Shown here piece by piece: positions 20,699-30,569 of a DNA stretch of 64,000 nucleotides (position 1 is its first letter; each line of letters opens with the position of its first letter). The translations under genes were made by a program, and so were the position numbers. Below the pieces are notes generated by a model. That model saw only the letters and a program-made list of their open reading frames with translations. It had not been told where the DNA came from and did not search any database. The stretch is from NCBI GenBank assembly GCA_963705105.1, contig CAVPIW010000010.1:32001-96000 (forward strand). Direction: 5' to 3'. The DNA is from an uncultured Nitrospiraceae bacterium. GTDB taxonomy: Bacteria > Nitrospirota > Thermodesulfovibrionia > Thermodesulfovibrionales > Dissulfurispiraceae.

Positions 20699-21640
20699 CT
20701 ATTTGTGGTGATCGTCGTCGTGCTTCTTCGTGCTCCTGTATGCGGCGAAGAGGAGCCCGGAGAAGACGGCGACAGGGGCGATAAACCCCGTGTAAATGCC
20801 ATGCTGGATTTTCTCGGACAGGACGGCGTCCGATTTATCGGGAAGCATCGGCAGTCCGAGCTTGTCGAAGGGCACGCTCGCAAGCATGAGGTACTGGGTG
20901 CCGCCGCCCTCCTTCTCCCCGTAAATGTGTTTCTGATAGACAGGCACCTCTCTCCTGGACGTGAAGTTCGACTTGATGTGCTGGACAGGATAGTCGTACC
21001 TTTTGCCCGGCTCGAGGGTCAGGCGCTTCCGGGCCTCGGCCAGGAGGTCTTCAACCTTCCCGAAGATGGAGGCCCCGACGGGGCAGACTTCGCAGCAGGC
21101 GGAGAATTTGCCGTCCTTGAACCGGTGATCGCAGAGCTGACACTTCCTGATCTGAGGGAAAGGTTTGTCCCACTCGAATTTTGGGACGTTATAGGGACAG
21201 GCGATCTGACAGTACCGGCAGCCGATGCAGGCATCCTTGTTGTACGTGACAACGCCGTTCTCGGGGTTCTTTTTCAGGGCCGAGACGGGACAGGCCGAAA
21301 CGCAGGCCGGGTCGATGCAGTGCATGCAGTGCCTTTTGACGAAGGAATAGATCTCGCCTTCCTTGTGCAGTTTGATGATGTTCAGTGTCTTGCCCGAGAG
21401 ATCGATCGGGTCGTCATAGAGCTTTTCGACGCTCGTATGATCGGGCGGCATGTTGTTCTGCTGCTTGCACCCGGACACACAGGCCTTGCAGCCGACGCAG
21501 ATGGTCGCGTCATAGAGAATCCCGACGGCCTCCTTCGGCAGTGTCATTGCCTCTCTCGCGAAAGCGGGCTGCACACCCGAGGCCACGAGGAGACCGCCTC
21601 CGACAGCTCCCTTCAGAAAATCACGCCGATTGATACTCAT
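20699..21640 (-). CDS. hybA: Tat-exported 4Fe-4S ferredoxin subunit
   Basis: NRRDFLK, four Cys clusters, YGEKEGGGTQ, C-terminal TM. Confidence 0.93.
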   Translation of the reverse strand: MSINRRDFLKGAVGGGLLVASGVQPAFAREAMTLPKEAVGILYDATICVGCKACVSGCKQQNNMPPDHTSVEKLYDDPIDLSGKTLNIIKLHKEGEIYSFVKRHCMHCIDPACVSACPVSALKKNPENGVVTYNKDACIGCRYCQIACPYNVPKFEWDKPFPQIRKCQLCDHRFKDGKFSACCEVCPVGASIFGKVEDLLAEARKRLTLEPGKRYDYPVQHIKSNFTSRREVPVYQKHIYGEKEGGGTQYLMLASVPFDKLGLPMLPDKSDAVLSEKIQHGIYTGFIAPVAVFSGLLFAAYRSTKKHDDDHHK

Positions 21641-21643
21641 GGT

Positions 21644-22783
21644 TTACTTCTCCTCGGCGCCGGACTTCCCGGAGCCGGCGCTTTCACCGGATTTGCCGAG
21701 ATTCTTCGCAAGCATGGCGCCTGCGCCGATGGCGGCGCCGCCGACGCCTGCCAGGATCGCTGCGGAACCTGCAGTCAGGCCTTCTCCCTGGCGCTCCCTG
21801 ACCCCAGGGTAGGTCGCGGGAGGAGTGAAGAACTGGACCCTTGAGGGCGAGTGAATCGGGATGTTGAAGCCTACTCCTTTCTCTGAACAGCCGAAGCAGG
21901 GATGACCGATGCCGACGGGCCAGCTTCCCGAGCCTGTGTCGCCGAAGAGGAGGGACGGGCAGTTGTTGTATGTTTCCGGTCCCTTGCATCCGAGCTTGTA
22001 GAGGCAGTATCCCTGACGGTGCCCCTCGTCGCCGAAGACCATGGCAAAACGCCCTGCGTCGAAATGGGGCCGCCGCTCGCAGTTTTCGTGGATCAGTCTT
22101 CCATAGGCGAACTTCGGCCTGCCCTTGTCGTCGAGGGCGGGGAGTTTCTTGAAAGTCACGAAATAGAGGACCGTCGAGAGGAAATTGTAAGGGTTCGGCG
22201 CGCAGCCCGGTATGTTCACGACCGTGTATCCCTTGAGCACTTCCGAGACGCTGCTCGCGCCCGTCGGGTTCGGCGATGCCGCAGGGATGCCTCCCCATGC
22301 GGCGCAGGAGCCGATGGCGATGATCGCGGCGGCATGAGGGGCGACCTCCTTGATGTGCTCGAGGGCGGTCTTGCCGGCGATCTTGCAGTAGATCCCCCCG
22401 TCCTTGACGGGAATGGCGCCATCGACGACGAGGACGAATTTCCCCTTGTTCGCCTTGATCGATTTCTCCCGGACCGCCTCCAGGTTGTGTCCCGAGGGCG
22501 TGCTGAGCGTTTCGTGGTATTCCAGGGAGATGAGATCGAGGATGAGATGCTCCAGTGTGGGATGGTGTGTCCTCAGGAGCGATTCCGTGCAGCCCGTGCA
22601 TTCCTGGAACGAGAGCCAGATGACAGGCGGGCGCTTCGGGCTCGTGGCGGCCTCCGCAATCCTGGAACCCATGCCAAGGGGCAACCCCATACAAGCGGCC
22701 ATGGCGGAACAGAACTTGAGGAAATCCCTCCGCGATACGTCTGTGAGCTTTCTTCCGCCCAGATACATACCTTTTCTTAGCAT
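21644..22783 (-). CDS. hybO: Hydrogenase small subunit
   Basis: SRRDFLK Tat motif, QECTGC, GSCAAWGG, IPGC, HENC, CLYKLGCKGP, HPCFGC. Confidence 0.94.
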   Translation of the reverse strand: MLRKGMYLGGRKLTDVSRRDFLKFCSAMAACMGLPLGMGSRIAEAATSPKRPPVIWLSFQECTGCTESLLRTHHPTLEHLILDLISLEYHETLSTPSGHNLEAVREKSIKANKGKFVLVVDGAIPVKDGGIYCKIAGKTALEHIKEVAPHAAAIIAIGSCAAWGGIPAASPNPTGASSVSEVLKGYTVVNIPGCAPNPYNFLSTVLYFVTFKKLPALDDKGRPKFAYGRLIHENCERRPHFDAGRFAMVFGDEGHRQGYCLYKLGCKGPETYNNCPSLLFGDTGSGSWPVGIGHPCFGCSEKGVGFNIPIHSPSRVQFFTPPATYPGVRERQGEGLTAGSAAILAGVGGAAIGAGAMLAKNLGKSGESAGSGKSGAEEK

Positions 22784-23137
22784 TTCTTACCCCTTTATCA
22801 TTGGTTTATATTGTTTTTCTGTCGCAGATCGAGGATCGAGGTTCCGTCGGAAATATGGAGGAGGAGGAGGAGTGATGAGGAAGAGATGGGAAGGTCAAAT
22901 ACTTTCATTGGGTTTATGTATCGTCCGAAAGTGAGACAATCTAACTGCTTAATTACCAATGCAGATCTTTGTCGTTAAGGTTCTCACTATGATAGCGTAT
23001 CGAAAATATATTTCAAGGTGACTTATAGATGTATAAGAATAATTTAAATGGCGCAGTGTATGACTATCCGGTCATTTTCATTGTCAGCGACACTGAGACT
23101 GCTATGTATGGCTTTAAGACACTTCGCGATGTTTCGA

Positions 23138-23401
23138 GTTGCAGGCAGGGCGAAGCGCTCTGAAATACAGTGTCAGTGACAGTGTGAGTGTCAGCAAAAA
23201 GTTCACCTTTTTCAGCCGTCGGCCTGAAATAGCTTCATCGATGCCGGGCCGTTCGGGGAACGGCCCCTACAGGATTCCACTCTTTATGTCATCGACCATT
23301 GGCTTATGGTTCGTCTTTCGTTATGATACTGGTGTGGCCGCAGCAAGGTTTTCGGCGCATTCACCCCAGCCCCGCCTTTCCGGAGGGCGTATGCAACGAT
23401 A
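23138..23401. repeat. Family A variant (reverse) carrying a 6-mer tandem and a GTAG-type REP
   Basis: CAGTGTCAGTGACAGTGTGAGTGTCAG; 23232-23271 matches 38119-38158; ends CCCGCCTTTCCGG...GCAACGAT. Confidence 0.82.
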
Positions 23402-23405
23402 CGGT

Positions 23406-25890
23406 CTACTTTTTAGTCATGGCTTCCCTGATGGCAGTGCTCAGTTCCTGTATCCTGTAAGGCTTCGATATGAAGCCGCAGAAACCGTAACTTTCGTGAG
23501 CCGAGAGCACCGGGTCATTCGAATAGCCGCTCGAAACGATCGCCCTGACGGCAGGGTCGATCTGCTTCAGAACGGCCAGGGCCTCCTTCCCTCCCATGCC
23601 TCCGGGGACGGTCAGGTCGGCGATGACGATATCAAAGGGTCTGCACGCATCAATGGCCTTTCTGTATGCATCGATCATTTCATTGCCGTCCTCGACCGCC
23701 TCGGCTCCGTACCCGAGGTGGTGCAGCATTTTGAGGCAGACCTCCCTGATGAAAGGCTCGTCATCCATGACGAGGACCCTTCCCCTTCCGGCCCGGAGCG
23801 ATTCCGGCGCCGGCCCCGGTTCGGTCGCCTTCCCTTCGGCCGCCGGGAGGTAGACAAAAAAAGTCGATCCTTTGCCGAGCTCGGAATCGACGGTCATGTA
23901 CCCGTCATGCCGTGTGACGATCGAGTAGGCAGTGGCAAGACCGAGACCGCTTCCGCGCTGCTTCGTCGTGAAATAGGGATCGAAAATCCTCGGGAGATGC
24001 TCCTCCGGTATCCCCAAGCCATGATCGGTGATCGCTATCCGGATGTGCCTGTCATGTTTCAGCGGCAGGTCCTGCACGTCTTCGGCCGTCACATTGTCAC
24101 AGCTCAACTCGATGACGCCTCCTTCGGGCATCGCCTGATCGGCGTTGATGAGCAGATTGTTGATGACCTGGCTGATCTGACTCTCGTCCACCTCGGCATG
24201 CCAGAGGTCTTCCGGTAAGCGGAGGCGGCACTTCGACCTCGATCCCCGCAATGCAAAGCCGACAGTGTCCCGGATGATCCCGAGAAGCGTTGTCGGCTTT
24301 CTGACGGGTGCACCGCCCTTCGAGAAGGTGAGCAGTTGGTGCGTGAGGTCACGGGCCCGTGCCACGGCCTTTTCCGCTTCCGCGAGCCTTTCCGATAGGG
24401 GTTCGTCATCGCCGGCGTAAAGCTTTGCAAGGGAGATGTTGCCGAGGATGGCCGTGAGGATGTTGTTGAAGTCGTGGGCGATGCCGCCGGCAAGGATGCC
24501 GACGGACTCAAGTTTCTGGGCCTTCAGGAGTTCAGCCTCCATGCTTCTCTTTTCCGTGACGTCCCGGAACACGAGCACGACACCCACGACACTGCCGTCA
24601 CTCATCCTGATCGGCGCGCCGCTGTCGGCGATGATCCGCTCCGTGCCGTCCCGGCTGACGAGAACGGTCTGATTGGCGAGCCCGACGATGCCCCCTCGTT
24701 CGATCACCCTTTCGACAGGGCTCTCGCATCTTTTCCGCGTCTTCTCATGAATGATCTGGAATACGTCCGAGAGGGGCCGCCCGAGTGCCTCCTGCTCGCT
24801 CCAGCCCGTCAGGGCTTCGGCAACCGTGTTCAGCAGCACGACTTTTCCCCCTGTATCTGTCGTAATGACGCCGTCGCCTATGGATCGCAGGGTCACAAGC
24901 AATCGCTCCTTTTCGGCGGCAAGCTCCTGCTCGCTGCTGCGCAGCAATGTCTGGGCCTTTCTCCGCTCCAGCGCTCCCACAAAGATATCACCGACCGTTC
25001 TCAGGAGAGCGACGTCATCGTCGTCCCATCGCTTCTCCGTCCTCACCGAGTCAAAGCCGAGGTACCCGACAAGGTCATGACCGAACGTCATTGGGACGAG
25101 CACAAGGGACAGGATGTCCTGGGCCGAGAGGATATCCCTTTCGGGACGGGCTTCTTCCGGAAGCTCCGCCACCCTCGGGATGTGAATCGTCTCAAAGGCC
25201 CGCAGTCTCTGAATGAGCCAGGGGAAGGGCTCCACAGGTAAGTTCTTAAGGTTGCCGATCTGGGGCCCGATGCCTTCGGCGCACCATTCATGCGTATTGT
25301 CCATGGTCGTCCCGTCCTGGGAGAAGAGAAAGACATAGGTGCGGTCGACGTCGGAAAACCGGCCGATCTTCTCCAGCGCCTCGTTGATTGTTTGGTCGAT
25401 GTCCTCCATAGGGGAACGCAGAAACCCTGTCGAAATGGAGGAAATAATCCGCTCCATCTCGACACGGTGCTGCAAGGGCGAGCTCGGCTTTCAGACGTTC
25501 GGTGAGGTCATGGGCCAGAACGAGCTCGGCCCGTCTTCCCCTGAAAGTGATGACATGGGAGGTGATTTGGACGAACAGGACGGTCCCGTCCTTTCTGATG
25601 TGCCGCCATATCCCTGCCTCGTCGAGACCTTCCGTTACCCGTGACACGTTGTCCAGGAGGGCGGGGACATCCTCGGGAGGCCTGATGTCCTTTATGGTCA
25701 TCGAGAGGAAGTCCTCTTTTGAATACCCATAGCGATGAACGGCGGCAGTGTTGACAGCAAGAAATGAGAGGGTCTCGAGGTCATAGATGAACATGGGATG
25801 GGGGTTGCTCTCGAAGAGGTCTTTGAATGCCTCCTCCGACGGGGACGGAGGCGGTGAGGGGGAGTCAGGGTCGTGCAGGTTCCCTTTCAT
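23406..25890 (-). CDS. Hybrid sensor kinase PAS-GAF-PAS-HisKA-HATPase-REC, frameshifted near 25475
   Basis: PAS ORF from ATG 25890 joins ORF 23406-25475 if one base is removed (GCC CTT G CAG CAC); AHDFNN, GSGLGL, receiver domain. Confidence 0.8.
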
Positions 25891-27485
25891 GCAGCGGCAG
25901 GCGTTGTTCCGGGCATGGTGAGAAAGAAGGTCGCGCCCTTTCCGGCGCATGATTCCACCCATATCCTTCCGCCGTGGCGCTCGACGATTTTCCTGCAGAC
26001 GGCCAGGCCGATGCCCGTACCGGGGTATTCATCTCCCCGGTGGAGGCGCTGAAAGATCTGGAAGATGTGAGAGCTTTTATCGGGAGGGATGCCGATGCCG
26101 TTGTCTTTCACCGAAAAGATCCATTCATTGTCGCTCCTCACTGCGGAGATATGAATCCGCGGCGGTTCCGGACCCCTGAATTTGACGGCGTTGTTGATGA
26201 GATTCAGGAAAAGCTGGGCCAACTGGATTTCATTGGCGACCACGTCGGGAAGGACATCGTGGGTCACCACGGAACCGCTCCCGTCGATGGCCGATTTCAG
26301 ATCGAACAGGACGCGGTCGAGGACGGTATTCGCGTTCACCGGTTCGTGGATTTTTTTGACGGCGCTGACCCGTGAGTAGTCAAGCAGCGCAGAGATGAAC
26401 GTCTGCATTCTCTCGGCGCTCCCGAGGGCGTCCGACACGAGTTCCGATGCCTCTCCCTCCAGTTTGCTCCCGTATTTTTTCTGCAGGCGTCTCAGGAATC
26501 CCAGGGTGGTCAGCAGCGGCTGCTGCAGATCGTGGGCGACGACGGACGCAAAATACTGCAGTTCCTCATTGCTCCTCTTCAGCTCCTGCGCGAATTGCCT
26601 GAGCTGCTCCTCGTCCCTCTTTTTTTCGGTTACATCCCTTGTCACATTGATGATGCATTTCTCGCCCTGAAGGTCGATGAGTTCCGCCGACCGCTGCATG
26701 GTCCGTATTTCGCCTGATTTCATGCGGAACTGGACCTCGTGGTTGCGGATCACGCCTTTCTTCCTGAGGATCCTCGTCACCTCGGCCCGCTCCTCGTAAT
26801 TGACCCAGAGGTTCAGTTCCGCCGACGTCTTTCCTATGACCTCATCCCTCGCATATCCCGTTATGCGGAGAAAGGCGTCGTTGACGTCGATGAGACGGCC
26901 GTCGGAAAGGGCGCTGATGACGATCCAGTCCGGGCTGGACCGGAAGACTTTCGAGAATTTCTCCTCGGACAGACGCAGGGCATCGTCGGCGAGCTTGTGC
27001 TCCGTTCTGTCGCGGATGATCCCCTGGTATCCGAGGATGTCACCGTCCTCTCCACAGCGGACCGAGGAGGTAAGCGCGCAGAACATCACCGACCCGTCCT
27101 TTCTCCGCAAGGGGACCTCGTATTCCCTGACAGAACCCTTTTTCTCGATCTGCTTCTGAAAGGCCTCACGGTCACGAGGGTCGGCATACAGACGGGTAAC
27201 GTCGAGACCGATCATCTCATCCTTGCCGTACCCGAAGAGGTCGAGGGCGGAACGGTTTGCGTCGAGAATGATCCCGTCCCGCGACGTGTAATAGATTGCA
27301 TCGAGGGAGTCGTCGAAGATGCTCCGGTATTTCTCCTCATGTTCCCTGAGGGCTTCGAGCGTTGTCCGGCACTGATGCTCGAACGCCTCAAGTTCCGCCA
27401 CGCGACGCCGGAGCGAGACGAGTTCCTCTCCGGTTTCTCCCTTCACCCTGTCGGTCGGCATGCCCTTTTTCATCCCGCTCTTCAT
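25887..27485 (-). CDS. PAS-PAS histidine kinase
   Basis: AHDLQQPL, NLINNAVKF, DNGIG, GTGIGL. Confidence 0.92.
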   Translation of the reverse strand: MKSGMKKGMPTDRVKGETGEELVSLRRRVAELEAFEHQCRTTLEALREHEEKYRSIFDDSLDAIYYTSRDGIILDANRSALDLFGYGKDEMIGLDVTRLYADPRDREAFQKQIEKKGSVREYEVPLRRKDGSVMFCALTSSVRCGEDGDILGYQGIIRDRTEHKLADDALRLSEEKFSKVFRSSPDWIVISALSDGRLIDVNDAFLRITGYARDEVIGKTSAELNLWVNYEERAEVTRILRKKGVIRNHEVQFRMKSGEIRTMQRSAELIDLQGEKCIINVTRDVTEKKRDEEQLRQFAQELKRSNEELQYFASVVAHDLQQPLLTTLGFLRRLQKKYGSKLEGEASELVSDALGSAERMQTFISALLDYSRVSAVKKIHEPVNANTVLDRVLFDLKSAIDGSGSVVTHDVLPDVVANEIQLAQLFLNLINNAVKFRGPEPPRIHISAVRSDNEWIFSVKDNGIGIPPDKSSHIFQIFQRLHRGDEYPGTGIGLAVCRKIVERHGGRIWVESCAGKGATFFLTMPGTTPAAA

Positions 27486-27543
27486 GGACCTCCCCGTCCT
27501 GTCAGTGACTCTGCCTCATGAATTAATCGCATAAGTTTAACAA

Positions 27544-27688
27544 ATTGTGGGGAGCCAATAAAACAGTGTGAGTGTGAGTGTGAGTGTGAGTGATTGTGGG
27601 GAGCCAATAAAACAGTGTGAGTGTGAGTGTGCGTGTGAGTGATTGTGGGGAGCCAATAAAACAGTGTGAGTGTGAGTGTGCGTGTGAA
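27544..27688. repeat. Three tandem 49-bp units, each with a GTGTGA microsatellite
   Basis: ATTGTGGGGAGCCAATAAAACA(GTGTGA)n starting at 27544, 27593 and 27642. Confidence 0.92.
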
Positions 27689-27759
27689 TGACAGTGATTG
27701 TTCCTGACGAATCCGTCGGCAATCCTGAGAAAACGAATAATGATTCCGGACTTATCCTC

Positions 27760-27880
27760 ATATGCGCCGAAAACCTTGCTGCGGCGACACCGTACCCCTC
27801 ACAGAAGACACCCTTTCAAGCCAATGGCCGATGAAATGAGCCTTTTCACCGACACTCACACTGTCACTGTCACTGACACT
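27760..27880. repeat. Partial family A variant
   Basis: ATGCGCCGAAAACCTTGCTGCGGC...GACACTCACACTGTCACTGTCACTGACAC mirrors 23138-23401 and 45020-45180. Confidence 0.7.
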
Positions 27881-27947
27881 TTTGGACACCTATGATTCGG
27901 TAGAGTAAAATATTCTTTTTTACAATCCACTGAGAGGTGACAACGTC

Positions 27948-28580
27948 ATGGCTGAATTGGGACAGATTGAAAGACCCGCCGCCGACAGTTTCAGCGGGAA
28001 GAGGAAGCTCTACTGCGTGCCCAGCGTCTTTCCTGTGGAGGATGCGCCCGAGGAGTACAGGCGGCTTGTCGATTCGTACTGGGATCAGGCCGAGGAGCAG
28101 ATCAGGAAGCTTGAGAATGCCGGCAGGGTGACGAAAGTATTCTGCGAAGGCATTCATAAGGAGGGGGAGGAAGCCCTCGGCATGCTGTCTGCGATGAATG
28201 ACAGGGCAAACAGGATCGTCGCGGAGAAGGTCGCAGCCGGGGCGGCGCTGCTGCCGATCGAGAGAGAGGACATCTTTACACCTTTCCTTGACTGGAGGAA
28301 CTGCCTTGCCGTCGTCAGAACTCAGGAAGTTTACGAGAGAGTGCTCGAGTTCTATCGCGAGCTGCTCGACAGGAGGCTTAAATACATGATCAGCGTGATC
28401 GACGGGAACCTCTTCGAAGGCGAATCGGGGATGCTGATCCTCGGAGACGACGATCGCGTGAGGCTGCAGTTGCCGCCCGACATCGAGATCTTCCTTGTCA
28501 CCCCGCCCTCATACGACGACCTCGTCCGCTGGGTGAGACAGAGACTGCAGGAGCTTCAGGGTGGAGGAGGTCAGGAGTAA
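27948..28580 (+). CDS. Hypothetical protein
   Basis: GAGGTG RBS, host-like codon use, fills the gap; no motif recognised. Confidence 0.75.
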   Translation: MAELGQIERPAADSFSGKRKLYCVPSVFPVEDAPEEYRRLVDSYWDQAEEQIRKLENAGRVTKVFCEGIHKEGEEALGMLSAMNDRANRIVAEKVAAGAALLPIEREDIFTPFLDWRNCLAVVRTQEVYERVLEFYRELLDRRLKYMISVIDGNLFEGESGMLILGDDDRVRLQLPPDIEIFLVTPPSYDDLVRWVRQRLQELQGGGGQE

Positions 28581-28717
28581 ATCTCGAGCCGCGTCGGGAA
28601 TCCGTCATTTTTCGCAAAACGAGTATAAAATTTAATAGACGCTGTCTCTCACGACTGCATGCGCCGCGTGGCTGCTCCGCAGGGAGGCAGAGACGAGTAT
28701 CACAGGAGTGCGACCCC

Positions 28718-30568
28718 ATGAATGACGGAAACACCTTTCGGCGATGGTACTGGATGCCCGTTGCCGCTTTCGTGCTGGGCATTACGTCAGCGATACTGCT
28801 CATATGGATCAACCAGCTCAGTGAGAGACAGCAGCGGAATTTTGCCCGGGACGACATGGTCAGTGAGATCCTGCTGAATGCAGCGACGGGCCATCTCTGG
28901 CTGGAGGAAGTCATCACCGGCACAACCCTGGTGGATACCGGGAAAGTCTGGGCTGCTTTCGACCGGTCTGTTTCGCTGGTTGATGCGTTGTTGAGCGGAG
29001 GGGTGTCGCCACACGGCGTGGCTATTGAGGCGCTGCAGGAACCGACCCTCCGTGCCCAGGCAGAGGATTTGAGGTCTTCCCTCGTGATGTTTAAGAAGGA
29101 GGCTCAGGGGAGATTCCAGGATTCCGGGAATTCGGGAATCGGTACCCGGAAGGATGCGCGTTTTAATGCTCTTTTCAAAGAGATCATGGACAAAGCCGCA
29201 GCCTTCGATCTCATGCTTCAGGAAATCCAGGCCCGCAACAGTGCAGACACAAAGCGCCTTTTCTGGATCGTTCTCTCTGTCTGGCTATCGGCCGTCATTG
29301 CTGTCGGACTCATGCTCTCCAATCATGAGATGCAGCGGAGGCGGGCCGAGGAAGCCCTAAAGGAGGCCCGTGACAGGCTCGAAGAGCGGGTCCGGGAGCG
29401 AACGGGCGAACTGAAAGCCGCCAATGAATATCTTCAACAGGAAATCATTGAGCGGAAGCAGGCCGGGGAGGCTTTGCGGAAGAGCGAAGGCGAATTTCAA
29501 AGACTTTCTCAGCAGTTCCACACGCTTCTGGACGCGATTACCGACTCTTTGACTTTACTTTCTCCTGACCTGAGAGTGCTCTGGTGGAACAAGGGGGCCC
29601 TGTACAGTTCAGTGAAGAATGTCCCCGATCCTTCCGGACTTCACTGCTATGCCCTCTTGCATAAACGCACTGCTCCCTGTGAGGGATGTCCGGCGCTCAG
29701 GAGTCTCAGCACAGGAAAAGAGGAGTCGTTCCGGATGGAATTTCACAGGAGGCAATGGGAACTCAGGGCGTTCCCGATAAGAGATGAGGATGGAAAGGTA
29801 GGCAGCGTCCTGACGGTCGCCGGTGACGTCACTGAAAGGACGAGCCTGCAGGCGGAAGCGATGCGCTCGGCGCATCTTGCATCACTGGGCGAGCTCGCTG
29901 CGGGCGTGGCCCACGAGATCAACAATCCGATCAACGGTATAATCAACTATGCCCAGATACTGGCTGATGAGGCCCGCGAGGCGGATGGAGAAATGGACAT
30001 CCCGGTTCGCATCATAAAAGAGGGCAACCGCATCGCGAACATAGTCAGAAGTCTTCTCTCTTTTGCCCGTGAGAGAAAGGAGGGAAAAGCCCCTGTATAT
30101 GTGCATGATATAATCCGTGAATGCTTTGCCCTTGTCGACACGCAGCTGCGAAAAGACGGAATCATCGTCAGGTCGGACATACCCCAAAATCTCCCTCCGA
30201 TAGTCGTTCATTTCCAGCAGATTCAGCAGGTTTTCCTGAACATCATCAACAACGCCCAATATGCCCTGAACGAAAAGTATCCCGGGACCGACAAGGGGAA
30301 AATACTCGATATTCGTGCCGAAGAAGTGATGGTGAACGGGTCCCCCCACGTGGCAATCACCTTCCACGATCGCGGTGCGGGCATGCCTGACCGCATTCGG
30401 AACAGGGTGATGGATCCTTTTTTCACGACCAAACCCAAGGGCGTCGGAACAGGTTTGGGATTAAGCATCAGCCATGGAATTATCGGCGATCATGGTGGTA
30501 ATCTTACTATTAAGAGTGTCGAAGGGGAGTATACGAAGGTTCAGATCGTCTTGCCGGCAGGAGAGTAA
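28718..30568 (+). CDS. Membrane sensor histidine kinase (2 TM, PAS)
   Basis: AHEINNP, NIINNA, DPFFTTK, GTGLGL. Confidence 0.92.
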   Translation: MNDGNTFRRWYWMPVAAFVLGITSAILLIWINQLSERQQRNFARDDMVSEILLNAATGHLWLEEVITGTTLVDTGKVWAAFDRSVSLVDALLSGGVSPHGVAIEALQEPTLRAQAEDLRSSLVMFKKEAQGRFQDSGNSGIGTRKDARFNALFKEIMDKAAAFDLMLQEIQARNSADTKRLFWIVLSVWLSAVIAVGLMLSNHEMQRRRAEEALKEARDRLEERVRERTGELKAANEYLQQEIIERKQAGEALRKSEGEFQRLSQQFHTLLDAITDSLTLLSPDLRVLWWNKGALYSSVKNVPDPSGLHCYALLHKRTAPCEGCPALRSLSTGKEESFRMEFHRRQWELRAFPIRDEDGKVGSVLTVAGDVTERTSLQAEAMRSAHLASLGELAAGVAHEINNPINGIINYAQILADEAREADGEMDIPVRIIKEGNRIANIVRSLLSFARERKEGKAPVYVHDIIRECFALVDTQLRKDGIIVRSDIPQNLPPIVVHFQQIQQVFLNIINNAQYALNEKYPGTDKGKILDIRAEEVMVNGSPHVAITFHDRGAGMPDRIRNRVMDPFFTTKPKGVGTGLGLSISHGIIGDHGGNLTIKSVEGEYTKVQIVLPAGE

Positions 30569-30569
30569 G

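Noticed and set aside
22900..23100. Rex/Fnr-like operators upstream of hybO
   Set aside because: Only weak AT-rich near-palindromes; no confident consensus match.
27544..27688. Possible CRISPR array
   Set aside because: The spacers are near-identical microsatellite and there are no cas genes.
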